Positions 36,433 through 47,400 of a stretch of 64,000 nucleotides of DNA are shown one piece after another. A program made the translations under genes and the position numbers. Position 1 is the stretch's first letter. Every line of letters begins with the position of its first letter. This DNA is from Thermoplasmata archaeon. Lineage in GTDB: Archaea; Thermoplasmatota; Thermoplasmata; RBG-16-68-12; JAFNFQ01. The DNA lies in contig JBGPQV010000014.1 of NCBI GenBank assembly GCA_041489255.1, forward strand, positions 1 to 64,000, written 5' to 3'. Below the pieces are notes generated by a model that did no database searches, was not told where the DNA came from, and saw nothing but the letters and a program-made list of their open reading frames with translations.

Positions 36433-36495
36433 GACCTTGGCCCCGCGGCTGGAAAGAGGCCTTCTTTAATAATCCTTACCCTGATGGTCGGGGAC

Positions 36496-37524
36496 TCAAG
36501 GATTAGACTTGATAGGAGCGGGCAATTGCGAAGCAGAGCCATTCGCCTTCATTCCAAGACGGGTTTTGAGCCACGTCAGGCTTTTTCCCCGCCATGAGCC
36601 AGCCGGACTGCCGCGCGATGGCTCCCTGGCACGGTCAGCAGCATGTGCGCGGAAGGCGGAGACGTCTATTCCAGACAGCCGCTGAACGACGGCTCTGGCT
36701 CCACTTATTGGGCGCGCCCGAGCCTCCTGTTGCATCCCAAGGCCAGGGATGCGGTAGCGGCGCTCGAGCCAGGCGGCAACTTTCGCTATCGGGACCGTCA
36801 TGAGCAGATAGAGAATCGTGACCATCACATAAACCTCAACGAATTTGCCGCCGAACGAAAGGACGCGAGCAGCGTCCGTCAGTTCATGGACGCCGATGAC
36901 CGATAGAAGCGCGGAGGCTTTCAGCATCAAAATGAATTCATTGGTGAGCGGCGGGATGACGACGCGCACCGCTTGCGGGAGGATGACCGTCCGCATCGCG
37001 CCCCAGTATCCGAGTCCGACCGACTTCGCGGCCTCCACCTGGCCAACCGGGACTGACTGCAGGCCGGCGCGGAATATCTCAGCCTGGTAAGCGCCCGTGT
37101 TTATCATCATCGCGAGGAAACCGGTCAGGCGCAGCCGGTCAAATGACGAGAGATTTCCGGGACTGTAGAAGCTGAAGATCGCGAACAGCAAGTAGAGCTG
37201 GACGAGAAAAGGCGTGCCGCGAATCGACTCGACCCAGCCCGTCGCCAAGGCGCGGACGGGCAGGAACCTGAGCGTCCGAAGCCAGCCCAGAAAGAAGCCT
37301 ATCCCCATCCCGACAAGATAAGATCCTATCGTTATCAGGAGGGTGAGGCTCGCCGGGCCCAGCAGGCTCGGGAACGCCCTCAGGATGTATGCCACGTCGA
37401 TCGGACTGCTGTTGTTCAGCAGATACAGCAAACCGCCAATGAGCAAGACGATGATGAGCACTGCCGCTACTTTCTCTCCTATCTGCTCGATACGAGGTCG
37501 CAGGGGCGGAGTTTCGGATTCCAT
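36496..37524 (-). CDS. polar amino acid ABC transporter permease
   Basis: [27 protein letters not shown]. Confidence 0.93.
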   Translation of the reverse strand: MESETPPLRPRIEQIGEKVAAVLIIVLLIGGLLYLLNNSSPIDVAYILRAFPSLLGPASLTLLITIGSYLVGMGIGFFLGWLRTLRFLPVRALATGWVESIRGTPFLVQLYLLFAIFSFYSPGNLSSFDRLRLTGFLAMMINTGAYQAEIFRAGLQSVPVGQVEAAKSVGLGYWGAMRTVILPQAVRVVIPPLTNEFILMLKASALLSVIGVHELTDAARVLSFGGKFVEVYVMVTILYLLMTVPIAKVAAWLERRYRIPGLGMQQEARARPISGARAVVQRLSGIDVSAFRAHAADRAREPSRGSPAGSWRGKSLTWLKTRLGMKANGSASQLPAPIKSNP

Positions 37525-37527
37525 GTT

Positions 37528-38253
37528 TCACTCCAGTACCTTAGCGACGAAAGCCTTCGTGCGTTCCTGGCGGGGATTGACGAGCACTTCCTCCGGCGTC
37601 CCCTCTTCTATGATCCGCCCGTCGTCCATGAAGACAACGCGCTTGGCCACGTTTCTGGCGAACCCCATCTCATGGCTCACAACAACCATCGTCATCCCAT
37701 CGCGCGCGAGCTGCGTGATGACGTCGAGCACTTCCTTGATGTACTCCGGGTCAAGGGCGCTTGTCGGCTCGTCGAACAACACCGCTTTGGGATCCATGGC
37801 GACGGCACGCGCTATCGCAACGCGCTGCTGTTGACCGCCGGATAGCTCGGCGGGATAGGAATCGTATTTCTCTCCGAGACCAACTCGCTCGAGCAATTCC
37901 TTCCCCTTTTTCTCAGCCTGCTCGCGCGAGAGCCCCATTACCTTCCGCAGCCCCAGGGTCACATTTTCCAGTGCTGTCAAATGGGAGAATAGGTTGAACT
38001 GCTGGAAAACCATCCCGACCTGCTGGCGGACCCATTCAGGTCTGATTTTCGGTGCGTTGACTTTTACCCCCTCGATGAAGACGCTCCCTTTATCAGGCGT
38101 GACTAGTAGGTTGATGCACCTCAGGAGGGTGCTCTTTCCAGAGCCGCTCGGCCCGACCACCACGAGCACGTCTCCCTTCTCCACCGACAGGCTGACGCCC
38201 TTCAGGACGTGCAGCGAGCCGAACCACTTGTGAAGTCCTTCCACGCGTATCAA
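37528..38253 (-). CDS. polar amino acid ABC transporter ATP-binding protein (GlnQ-like)
   Basis: [41 protein letters not shown]. Confidence 0.96.
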   Translation of the reverse strand: MIRVEGLHKWFGSLHVLKGVSLSVEKGDVLVVVGPSGSGKSTLLRCINLLVTPDKGSVFIEGVKVNAPKIRPEWVRQQVGMVFQQFNLFSHLTALENVTLGLRKVMGLSREQAEKKGKELLERVGLGEKYDSYPAELSGGQQQRVAIARAVAMDPKAVLFDEPTSALDPEYIKEVLDVITQLARDGMTMVVVSHEMGFARNVAKRVVFMDDGRIIEEGTPEEVLVNPRQERTKAFVAKVLE

Positions 38254-39104
38254 AACGCCACGCTCCCGAGCCCAGGGACTCGATACGATTGCTCAACCGC
38301 CCCGACCGCCTGGGTGACCATGTAGGTGACAACGAAGTAGACCAAGGCTATGATCAGCCACGCGAGCATCACCCACTCGATCGAACCGAGTCTCAAGAGT
38401 CCCAGCTCGCTCTGCTTTCCCCAGTAAGCGAGGTCGGTCGCACCGACAATCGAGAGCAGAGAGGAATCCTTGATCACGAGTGCGAACTCATTGCCGAGGG
38501 CGGGGAGGGTCACCCTGAACGTCTGCGGGAGGATCACATTCGCCATGACCTGACCTTTTGACAGACCGACTGCCTCTCCCGCCTCGATCTGCCCTCGGGC
38601 AACCGCTTGGAAGCCCGCCCGGAATATCTCTGCTTGATAGGCGCCTGTGTGCATCGCGAGGGCAAGGGCCGCAAACGCAAGTCCAGACTCAAAACTGGCG
38701 CCGGCGAACAGACTGGGTATCCAGAAAAACGCGAACAATATCAATACCAATGGCGGTACTCCCCGAATGAAGTCCACGTACAGCGTTGCAGGCCAGGAGA
38801 TTATCGGATGGCGGGAAAAGCGCGCCCACCCGACTGTGAAGCCGATGCCCAGACCCAGAGGGATGATAGTCAGTGAGAGAATTATCGTGTTCCTCGCGCC
38901 GTCGACAAGAGGGAGTTCGAGAAGCTGCCAGAGATTCGGGTCGAGAGCCTTTGTCGCCCGTGCCACGGCCAGGATGGTCAGGAGCACTATGACGACGGAG
39001 ACGGCAAATACGGCCCGGGAGAGGCGGGGATGAGTCATGATCCAGCGGCGGACGCGGCTCGGTCCGCGAACGGATCGAAGCTCGCCATTCCGGTCCGCGC
39101 TCAT
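38250..39104 (-). CDS. polar amino acid ABC transporter permease
   Basis: [24 protein letters not shown]. Confidence 0.93.
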   Translation of the reverse strand: MSADRNGELRSVRGPSRVRRWIMTHPRLSRAVFAVSVVIVLLTILAVARATKALDPNLWQLLELPLVDGARNTIILSLTIIPLGLGIGFTVGWARFSRHPIISWPATLYVDFIRGVPPLVLILFAFFWIPSLFAGASFESGLAFAALALAMHTGAYQAEIFRAGFQAVARGQIEAGEAVGLSKGQVMANVILPQTFRVTLPALGNEFALVIKDSSLLSIVGATDLAYWGKQSELGLLRLGSIEWVMLAWLIIALVYFVVTYMVTQAVGAVEQSYRVPGLGSVAF

Positions 39105-39157
39105 CCTCCTCCGGGCTGACCACTACCTTCGGCGTATGCCGGGATGTCCCGCCAATC

Positions 39158-40021
39158 CTATCTTAGCTTGTTCAGTATCTGCGCGTAGGTTCCATCATCC
39201 CGCATCGCTTTCAGGGCACTGTTGATGCCTGCAATCAGGTGAAGGGGGTCACCGTCTGCGACCGCGAACCCGTACAGCTCGTTCGTCTCTATCGTGCCGG
39301 CGATCCTCAGGTTCGGATTGCCCGCAACGTAGCTCTGTGCTATGGGCTTGTCGACCAAGACCCAGTCCACCTGGCCGTTGAGAAGCTCGGTGATCACGGT
39401 GTTGACGCTGGGGAAGCTCGTCCACATGGTATCCGGTGTCTTGTGAGTGTCGATGAGGTTGCCTTGCACCCAATAGTAGCTCGTGGTCAGGGTCTGCGTC
39501 GCCACAGTGTGGTTCGCCAGTTCGTCTATGGTACACTCCGAAGCTGCACAGGTGACCGCCGTCGACCCCGTCTTGACCAGCACGGCCTGGTCCGCCTCGT
39601 AGTAGGGGTCTGAGAAGTCGAAAGACGAATTCCTGTCGGCACCAACTGAGCCGGACATGGTGATCGATGAGGCGCCTATGTCCACGCGCTTGAACTTCAC
39701 GGCGGCCAGCAGGGCATCCCATTCCTGGAAGTCGCGCCATTCGATGACCCAGCCGTTGCGCGTCCCGATCTCGTTCACCAAGTCGATATCGATGCCCTCG
39801 AGGTTTCCGTTCGTGGTGTTCCTCATTTCCATGGGGGGGAACGGCGTGTTCGTCCCCACGACGATCGAGGTCTTCTCCTTGACCCATCCGAACAGGGGAG
39901 CGCCCGCCAACCCACCCATCACGAAGCCAATCACGAGAAAGATCACGGCTATCACCGCCAACGTCGAACCTTTCGCCCCCTTCCTCAGCGCTGCCGGGGG
40001 CGGTACTTGTCCTTCGGCCAT
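39158..40021 (-). CDS. polar amino acid ABC transporter substrate-binding protein
   Basis: N-terminal anchor; FPPME, GIDIDL, DFSDPYY, DGTY. Confidence 0.93.
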   Translation of the reverse strand: MAEGQVPPPAALRKGAKGSTLAVIAVIFLVIGFVMGGLAGAPLFGWVKEKTSIVVGTNTPFPPMEMRNTTNGNLEGIDIDLVNEIGTRNGWVIEWRDFQEWDALLAAVKFKRVDIGASSITMSGSVGADRNSSFDFSDPYYEADQAVLVKTGSTAVTCAASECTIDELANHTVATQTLTTSYYWVQGNLIDTHKTPDTMWTSFPSVNTVITELLNGQVDWVLVDKPIAQSYVAGNPNLRIAGTIETNELYGFAVADGDPLHLIAGINSALKAMRDDGTYAQILNKLR

Positions 40022-40185
40022 GGCGGCAATATCCTACAGTCTCTATATATTAATTCTGACGGAGGCAATCCTCCCCCGGTCTACTCTGCAGGCTGATGAC
40101 GGTTTCTGCAACACTGCCCATCGATTGACAGTCCAAATGCCAAGAGTCAAATATCAACTCCACTTAGGACAGCAAAGGTGCGATA

Positions 40186-40968
40186 ATGCCCATATTCCAG
40201 AAGGCCGGCGAGGCGGACGTAACCAGGGCAATCCTGGCCGGATTCACACGTGACTTTGAGGAGTACGCTGAGACCGAGGTCATCATAATCGGCGGCGGGC
40301 CGAGCGGGCTCATGGCCGCGCGCGACCTCGCGAGGAAGAAAGTCAAGGTCGTCGTCATGGAGAGGAACAACTACCTCGGCGGCGGCTTCTGGATCGGCGG
40401 CTTCCTGATGAACACCATCACGGTCAGGGCGCCCGCCCAGAAGGTCCTGGACGAGATCGGGTGTCCATACAAGGAATTCACCAAGAATCTCTACGTCACC
40501 CCGGGTCCCCATGCCTGCAGCAAGCTGATCGCGGCTGCCTGCGACGCCGGCGCGAAGATACAGAACATGACCTCGTTCGAGGACGTCGTCATCCGCGAGA
40601 AGAACAGGGTCGGCGGCGTCGTCATCAACTGGACGCCCGTCCACACGCTGCCTCGCGAGATCACCTGCGTGGACCCGATAGCCCTCGAGTGCAAAGTCGT
40701 GATCGACGCGACCGGACACCAGGCGGAGGTCATGCAGTCCCTGAAGAAGCGCGGACTCGCGAAGATAATCGGCGAGGGCGGCATGTGGGTCGAGAAGTCA
40801 GAGGACGCTGTCGTCGAGCACACCGGCGTCGCCTATCCCGGCGTCATCGTGGCGGGGATGGCGGTTTCAGCCACCTACGGCCTGCCCCGCATGGGCCCGA
40901 CCTTCGGCGCGATGCTCCTGAGCGGGAAGAGGGCCGCAGAGGCGGCGCTCAAGGAAATCGGCAAGTAG
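40186..40968 (+). CDS. thi4: thiazole synthase THI4 (Cys-containing type)
   Basis: [40 protein letters not shown]. Confidence 0.95.
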   Translation: MPIFQKAGEADVTRAILAGFTRDFEEYAETEVIIIGGGPSGLMAARDLARKKVKVVVMERNNYLGGGFWIGGFLMNTITVRAPAQKVLDEIGCPYKEFTKNLYVTPGPHACSKLIAAACDAGAKIQNMTSFEDVVIREKNRVGGVVINWTPVHTLPREITCVDPIALECKVVIDATGHQAEVMQSLKKRGLAKIIGEGGMWVEKSEDAVVEHTGVAYPGVIVAGMAVSATYGLPRMGPTFGAMLLSGKRAAEAALKEIGK

Positions 40969-41060
40969 CGAGCGATGCTCGGTGTCCCGTCCAGTCACCG
41001 CGTCTGCAAGCGGAGCCAGCGCTTATCTACGCATTCGGCGATTGCCGCAATGGAGTCGAA

Positions 41061-41882
41061 TTGACAGTGTCTCGCTCGTGGAACATCCCCGGCAGGCTGG
41101 TGCTCTACAGGGATGAGAGCACGCCGCGCCTTGATGTCGGCGAAATCGCCGCCTATCTGCAGAAGACCATCGGCATTCCGACTGAGACGAAGCAGGATTT
41201 TCTCAGGGAATATGGCCGGGGAGACCTGCGAGATATCGCCGAGAGGATCGCCGGGACCAGAGTGAGGAACGTGGACAAGCCATTCGAAGCAGAGCAGGCG
41301 GCATATGGAGAAATCGCATTCGAACTGCGCTTCCTCGAGGACCCGGCCAAGAATGTGCCCGGTGTGCTCTACGACGGCCTGCGACTCGAGAGACTCCTCC
41401 GGGAGCTGCTGCCTCGAAAGATGAGGACCTCAAGGGTGCAGCACATCGTCTTCACCAGCAGGATGATCGGGACGTTCGAAAGGGACGGAAGGTACCACGC
41501 GCACGTGAACCTGTGCGGGTATCCGTCGATTATCTCAACGTCGGGCGTCGTCGAAGCCCCCGCCAAGCCAAGAGAATACTACCTCATGAAGCAACGATTC
41601 GTGCAGACAGGAGGCGCAGTGCCCTTCGAACTGCTCAAGGAGCGATTCTCAGGTCAGTTCATCGACTACGATGACCCGAGGATGACCGAAGTGATGAAGG
41701 GGTATGCGCTGCAATGCATGGTCCATTCGATTGCCGGGGAGCCGTTCTGCGGGAATCGCAAATGCAGGCTGTTCGACGCGCACTGGCAATCGGAGCTGAT
41801 AGAAGCGCAATTGCACGGAGACAGGTTCTGCAAGAAGCACACGGAGATGCTCATGGCGATAAAGCGGGCCGGGGAATCCTAG
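41061..41882 (+). CDS. DUF6775-like putative metallopeptidase
   Basis: GVLYDG, RYHAH, STSGVVEAPAKPREYY, EPFC....CRLFDAHWQ; only the 3' part of ORF 40461..41882 appears real. Confidence 0.8.
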   Translation: MTVSRSWNIPGRLVLYRDESTPRLDVGEIAAYLQKTIGIPTETKQDFLREYGRGDLRDIAERIAGTRVRNVDKPFEAEQAAYGEIAFELRFLEDPAKNVPGVLYDGLRLERLLRELLPRKMRTSRVQHIVFTSRMIGTFERDGRYHAHVNLCGYPSIISTSGVVEAPAKPREYYLMKQRFVQTGGAVPFELLKERFSGQFIDYDDPRMTEVMKGYALQCMVHSIAGEPFCGNRKCRLFDAHWQSELIEAQLHGDRFCKKHTEMLMAIKRAGES

Positions 41883-43023
41883 TCCGCCCGACTCCGGTGT
41901 TTACCAGAACGACGCGGTCATCGGAACGGATCAGACCCTGCTTCACCAGTTCCTTCGCTCCCGCAAGCGTCGCGGCACCTTCGATGCAGGCCGAGATGCC
42001 CTCCTGCTCCGCGAATTCCTTCATCGAGGCAATCATCTCTTCATCGCTCACCGCCACACCGCCGCCCTTGGTCTCCCTGACGGATCTCAGGATTAGCTCG
42101 TCGGCGAAAGGCTTTGGGATGGCCAGACCAGGGGCCTTCGTGCGCACATCGGGCCACATCTCGCACTTGTCTTTCCCGTCCCGCCACGCTGCGTAGACCG
42201 GGGCGCAACCCTGCGCCTGGACGAAGTACAGCCTTGGATCGCTCTCGGTCCAACCCAGTTCCTTCATCTCGAGCCAAGCTTTCCACCCCGCCACGATCCC
42301 AGTCCCGCCGCCGACCGGGAAAACGATCGCATTGGGCAGGTCCCCGAGCTCCTCCGCTATCTCCATCGTGATCGTCTTCTTCCCTTCGACGCGGTAGGGC
42401 TCGCGCATCGTCGCGATGTTGAAGTAGCCTTCATCGTCGCAGAGCTTCTGCACCGCCGCAATCGCGTCGGGCATGAAGCCGTTGCAAATCTTGACCTCTG
42501 CGCCGTACGACTTGGATGTCCTGATATGGACAGGTGATGTGCCTCTGGCGAAGGCGATGAAAGCGGTGAGTCCGGCCTCCCTCGCATACGCCGCCAGCCC
42601 AGAGCCGGCGCTGCCTGTCGTGGCGACCGCCAGCTTGGTGAGTCCCAGCTCCTTCGCCTTCGAGACAGCGACAGCCATCCCCCTTGCCTTGAACGTCCCC
42701 GTCGGATTGACGCCCTCGTCCTTCACGAAGACTTCTTTGACCCCGATGATCCCTGGCAGCTTCTCAGCTCGCGTAAGGGGGGTTGCACCCTCTCCGAGCG
42801 TCACCATGTTCTCCTCCTTCGCGACCGGGAGGAGCGGCGCGTACCGCCACATGTCGCGTCTGCCGAGCAGCTCATCCCGCTCCAGGCTCCTCAGGTCGTA
42901 GCGGGCGAGGAGGGGTTTCCCGCACGTGCAGACGTTGATCGGGCGGGGCCGGTAGGTTTTGCCGCAGCTAGGGCATTCGAGGCGCGTGAACCTCGTCTTC
43001 CAGCCGCCGCCTGCCTTGGACAC
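41851..43023 (-). CDS. thrC: threonine synthase
   Basis: N-terminal Zn ribbon, LGEGATPL, NPTGTFKARG (PLP Lys), PYRVEGKKT, PVGGGTG. Confidence 0.93.
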   Translation of the reverse strand: MSKAGGGWKTRFTRLECPSCGKTYRPRPINVCTCGKPLLARYDLRSLERDELLGRRDMWRYAPLLPVAKEENMVTLGEGATPLTRAEKLPGIIGVKEVFVKDEGVNPTGTFKARGMAVAVSKAKELGLTKLAVATTGSAGSGLAAYAREAGLTAFIAFARGTSPVHIRTSKSYGAEVKICNGFMPDAIAAVQKLCDDEGYFNIATMREPYRVEGKKTITMEIAEELGDLPNAIVFPVGGGTGIVAGWKAWLEMKELGWTESDPRLYFVQAQGCAPVYAAWRDGKDKCEMWPDVRTKAPGLAIPKPFADELILRSVRETKGGGVAVSDEEMIASMKEFAEQEGISACIEGAATLAGAKELVKQGLIRSDDRVVLVNTGVGRTRIPRPALSP

Positions 43024-43109
43024 GATTGGGCGGAAACGCCTCCCCCTTATGAAACCGACGGCCTTCCTTCCGCAGGTTTATCTTCGGGACGAGCAATCTT
43101 CAACACGCG

Positions 43110-43922
43110 ATGGCGGACGACAACATCGACGAAAAGCGCGACCTCATCGTCACGGCGATGCGTGAACGGGGACGCATCCTTATCGCATTCTCCGGCGGCG
43201 TCGACAGCGGTCTCGTGCTCAAGCTCGCTCACGATGCGATCGGCGATGGTTGCCTCGCGGTGATCGCCGACTCTCCGTCACTCCCGCGGCGGGAACTCGA
43301 GGAGGCGAGGAAAATGGCGGGCGAGATCGGCGCCCGCTTGAAGGTTCTCCGTCTCCACGAGATGGAAAGAGAGGACTACCTCGAGAACTCAGGGCTGCGC
43401 TGCTACTTCTGCAGGACCGAGCTTGGGCGGGAGCTGAGGGCAATCGCGGCATCGGATGGATTCAACACGATCGCTGACGGCGCGAACGCTTCCGATCTGG
43501 GCGACTACAGGCCGGGCATGAAAGCGTCTAATGAGAATGGCTTCTGGCACCCGCTAATCGAGTTCGGGGTGACGAAGGAAATGGTCAGGGCGATGGCCAA
43601 GGATCTCGGCCTTTCCTGGTTTGACAAGCCGAGTTCGCCGTGCCTCTCTTCGAGGATCATGACGGGAGAGCGCATCACCGAAGAAAAGCTCCGGATGATC
43701 GAGGCGGGCGAGGACCTGCTGCACGACATGGGCTACCGGCTGGTCCGGGTGCGGAACATCAGGGGCGCGGCGCGCATCGAGGTCTCGAAGGAAGACGTAC
43801 CAAGGTTGACCGAGATTTCGACCTTCGGTGAGGTCGAGAACAAACTCAAGGGGCTCGGCTTCCTCTCAGTCACCGTAGACCCTCAAGGCTACAGCCAGGG
43901 GAGCATGAACAGGCGCTTCTAG
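43110..43922 (+). CDS. larE: ATP-dependent sacrificial sulfur transferase LarE family
   Basis: AFSGGVDS PP-loop, RCYFC, DYRPG, KPSSPCLSSR. Confidence 0.92.
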   Translation: MADDNIDEKRDLIVTAMRERGRILIAFSGGVDSGLVLKLAHDAIGDGCLAVIADSPSLPRRELEEARKMAGEIGARLKVLRLHEMEREDYLENSGLRCYFCRTELGRELRAIAASDGFNTIADGANASDLGDYRPGMKASNENGFWHPLIEFGVTKEMVRAMAKDLGLSWFDKPSSPCLSSRIMTGERITEEKLRMIEAGEDLLHDMGYRLVRVRNIRGAARIEVSKEDVPRLTEISTFGEVENKLKGLGFLSVTVDPQGYSQGSMNRRF

Positions 43923-44380
43923 CGCGCCCCGCGCTTCCCCCGACGCGCCAGCTTCCCGCAGAGTTCCGCCTCGAGGTCGTAGCAGTCGGGGCATTCCTTC
44001 GGGACCTTCACGATCCTGTGCAGCCTCATCGCGATGTCGTCGTGGAGGATGTGCTCCATCGCGTCGGCCTGCTCGTGGACCACCGCGGTGTCCTTGACCC
44101 CGAGAGCCTCAATCAGGAACCTTTCGATCAGGCAGTGCTTCTGGAGGATGCGTCGGGCGATGTTCCTGCCCTTCGCAGTCGTCACGACCCCCCTGTACTT
44201 GCGGTGCCTCACGAGGCCGACCTCCTGCATGCGGTCGAGCATCTCCGTGACGCTGGCGGGAGAGATACTCAGCCGCTTCGATATCGCACCGGTCCTCGCG
44301 GGAGCCTTCGTCTCCACCTCGAGGAGGTAGATCGTCTTGAGGTACATCTCAACGTTCTCGGTGAACTTCCTTGTCTCCAA
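43919..44380 (-). CDS. DtxR/MntR metal-dependent transcriptional regulator
   Basis: EMYLKTIY, SPASVTEM, HCLIERFL, MEHIL. Confidence 0.93.
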   Translation of the reverse strand: METRKFTENVEMYLKTIYLLEVETKAPARTGAISKRLSISPASVTEMLDRMQEVGLVRHRKYRGVVTTAKGRNIARRILQKHCLIERFLIEALGVKDTAVVHEQADAMEHILHDDIAMRLHRIVKVPKECPDCYDLEAELCGKLARRGKRGAR

Positions 44381-44445
44381 GATTTCGACCTGGGCAGTTC
44401 AAGGCGGGAGTGACGATAAGGTTTTCGGCTGAACGAATTCCTCTG

Positions 44446-47400
44446 TCACCACGAGACGAGCCAGATGCAATCCTGCGGGACGTACACCCAGTAGCCCTCG
44501 TTCGTCTTGAGTGCGTAATTGTCGGGCAGGACCCACAGGTCGTATGGCGGGGACTTGTCGTCGAACGACTCGACCTTCACTCCCGGCAGGCCCACATCAG
44601 CCCTCAAGCCGCCTACCGTGTACGTAGCCGAGGAGGACGGATAGCCCACCAGGTTCCATCCGGAGCGCAGCATGATCGAAGTGCTGTTGGCGGGGAAGCC
44701 CGTGACCGTCCACGTGCAGGGGCCGGTGAACTCTATCCAGAACCCCATGGTCTCGTCGAGCTGCAGGAGGCTGTTTTGAGTCCTCCCGGGCGCGTAGGAC
44801 TTCCAGGGACTCACCGCGTCGGACGAGTCGAACCAACGCACATAGCCCACACTTCCGAGAATCCCGCCAAGGACCGACCCTATGTCTGTGTCCACTGGCC
44901 TCAGCGGAATCGACATGAGGTGCTTTCCGACCATGGCCGGGGTCACGGTGAATGTCCTTTGCTCGGGCGGCGGCTTCAGCAGCGTCGCCGAGACTTTCAC
45001 GACCTGCGTCGTCTCAAGCGTCCCGGGGTTCGAGATCACATAGTACCAATCCTGGCCCGGAGGTATCCCGAGCGACAGATCTGCCCCCGTGACGTTGCGA
45101 CTCGCATCCGATGCTTCGAACTGCCGCCACTGCATGAACTTCCTGAATTCGGTCTCTCCCGCAAAGAAGGAAGTCACGCGCTTGCCCGTGTTCAGTTCAA
45201 GCTCGTGGTACGCGAGCCCTTCGTTCCACCGCGCACCGACGGCGGGGTGCTGCGCCGCCCATTCGACGCTGAAGCTCACGTTGAGCGTGTATATCCCTCC
45301 TGGAGACGGGGGGACCTCGCTCATCGGCAACATCGGTCTCGGCAGTCTGCCCCCGAGGCTGAAGTTGTAATAGTTCATCGGTGCGTTCCGCGGGTTGTAA
45401 ACATCTCCGTAGGACGGCATCGCCCTGTCGGCGTAGTTGTCACCGAGGGATGCAGTCCCCATCTTGCTGATGACGAAGATCGCGATTCCGTCATCGAAAG
45501 TGTCGCTCGCGCTTGGGTTCGACGGGTTGTTGTTCTGGCGGGCCTCGCTCGTCGTGAGGTACGCCTTGCCCTCGGCATCGGTGAACGTCCACTGCGTCCC
45601 GAAAGATTGCCATGTGGGCGAAAGGAACCTGTAGTCTCCCAGGCCAACCTTCACTCCGTCCAGCGGGTTGCCGAAGGCGTCGACGACGACTACCGTGACG
45701 TTCGCCCTGTCGATCAGCCCCTCGTTCTCCGGCGTGAAGCCCGTGTCGTCGCTCGCGTCCCACGTCTTGTGGTAGTTGCTCACCGCGTCGACCGCCAAGC
45801 CGTCGCCCCTCATCGTCATGAGCCCGGACCAGTCGCGGTTCCAGCCGTAGTGATAGTTATCATTGTTCGCGATGATCCTCGCGCTCGAGTCCCAGTACTC
45901 GTCTATCTGGTGCCATCCCCGCTCGTAGAACTCGCCCCAGCAGTGGTCGCCGCCGTAGCCGCAGATGCCCCTGGCGGGAATGAGCGCGGACCTGAGACCT
46001 GCCCAGAGTACGTCAGATATCTCGCCGCAGTTGCCGTTGTGCTCCCATTGTATCCGGACTGGCTGGCGGGGCCTGTTTGCATCGCCCCCCGCCTGCGCGT
46101 TCAGCGCGACGGTCGACGCGACCCAGTGATCGACTATCTCCACCGCCTGATTGGTCGCGTTCCAGGGCTGCGTGATGTTGCCGCCCGCGTCCCGGACGAA
46201 CCAGCCTGTCGCGTTGTAAATCTGCCCGAGTGAATATGTCTGGTTGTTCCAAAGAACCGTCGCATTGACGATCTTCGTATTGAGCACTGGCGGGGGTTCC
46301 TCCTTCGGATACCCGCGCGCACCCACATCGGCGGGCCAGCTCGGCGAGGCGAGGTTGAACGCCGCCCACCGCCAGAAGACGCCGCCGTTGCTCTGGTTCC
46401 GCGCCCCCTGGTGCCCGTCGTACGCCATTGTCGGGTTGATGAAAGTCGCCATCTCGTCGGTGCCCTTCAGCGACACGAGCCACCAGTAGTAGATGTCACG
46501 CGGGAACTCGTACCAGACCATGTTCCCGCTGTCGTTCATCAGGTAGCGCACCGTGGACCACTGGTCGGGGGTCCCGAGACCGTAGTCCATGATCTGCGCG
46601 TAGGAAGTGAACTGCGAATTGTAGTACAGGCTGTCCGTGTTGTTGAGGTAGACCTCCGGGAAGGCCGCAGGGTTCAGGAGCGATGCGGCGTTCGCATTCG
46701 CGATGGAGAAGGCGATCTCGTCGACCATCTTCTGAGGAGCAGTGTTGATTATTCTGGAGTAATCGATCAGCCTCTGCGTCGCGCTCCTGTAGGTCAGGTA
46801 GACGTGGTTGGCGTCCCAGTAGTACTGGTTGAAGTTGACCTGGTCGAAGTTCATCGTGTAGTTCTGCCAGAGCATGAACTTCGCGGCGGCCCCGGTGCCC
46901 ACGTTGGCGTAGAACCTCAGCGGCCCGGCGGTGCATCCCGTCACCAGGTCCGGAAGCGTGTCCGCGTCCATGTCGACCAGTGCGGGTGCCGACCTCGCGG
47001 CCGCGGTGAAGCCGCTCAGCATCGACGTGTCCTTGACCCACGATGTCCCGACGACATGATAGTGACTCATCATGCCGCCGCCCTCGCCCACGACCATCTC
47101 GAGGAAGCCGTCGCCGTTCGTGTCAGCGAGCGTGGGAGTGGAGAAGGACGGTATGCTGAGGTCGACTGTCACCATGGGCGCCCAGACCGGGTTCGTCACC
47201 GTTGCCGGGTCTCCGTCCGAGACGTACCTGGGGTTCGGCCCGTTGTTGATTGACTTGTACATCATCCCCGAGGCGCTGCCGACAATCATGTCCAGATCCC
47301 CATCTCTGTCTAAGTCTCCGAGTGCGGGTGCGGAATTCGCCACCACGTTGATGAGCGGCACGGCCCCTTTCGCAGTCCACGCGGGGTTGCCGACCGGGCC

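Noticed and set aside
40022-40185. TPP or fluoride riboswitch upstream of thi4
   Set aside because: Lacks the CUGAGA TPP core; GCTGATGAC alone has no matching 5' fluoride-switch elements.
44371-46233. Long antisense ORFs (also 12214-13263, 20035-20967, 26239-27405, 27559-28818, 51346-52668)
   Set aside because: Shadow frames of GC-rich real genes on the opposite strand; Arg/Val/Asp-rich with no motifs.
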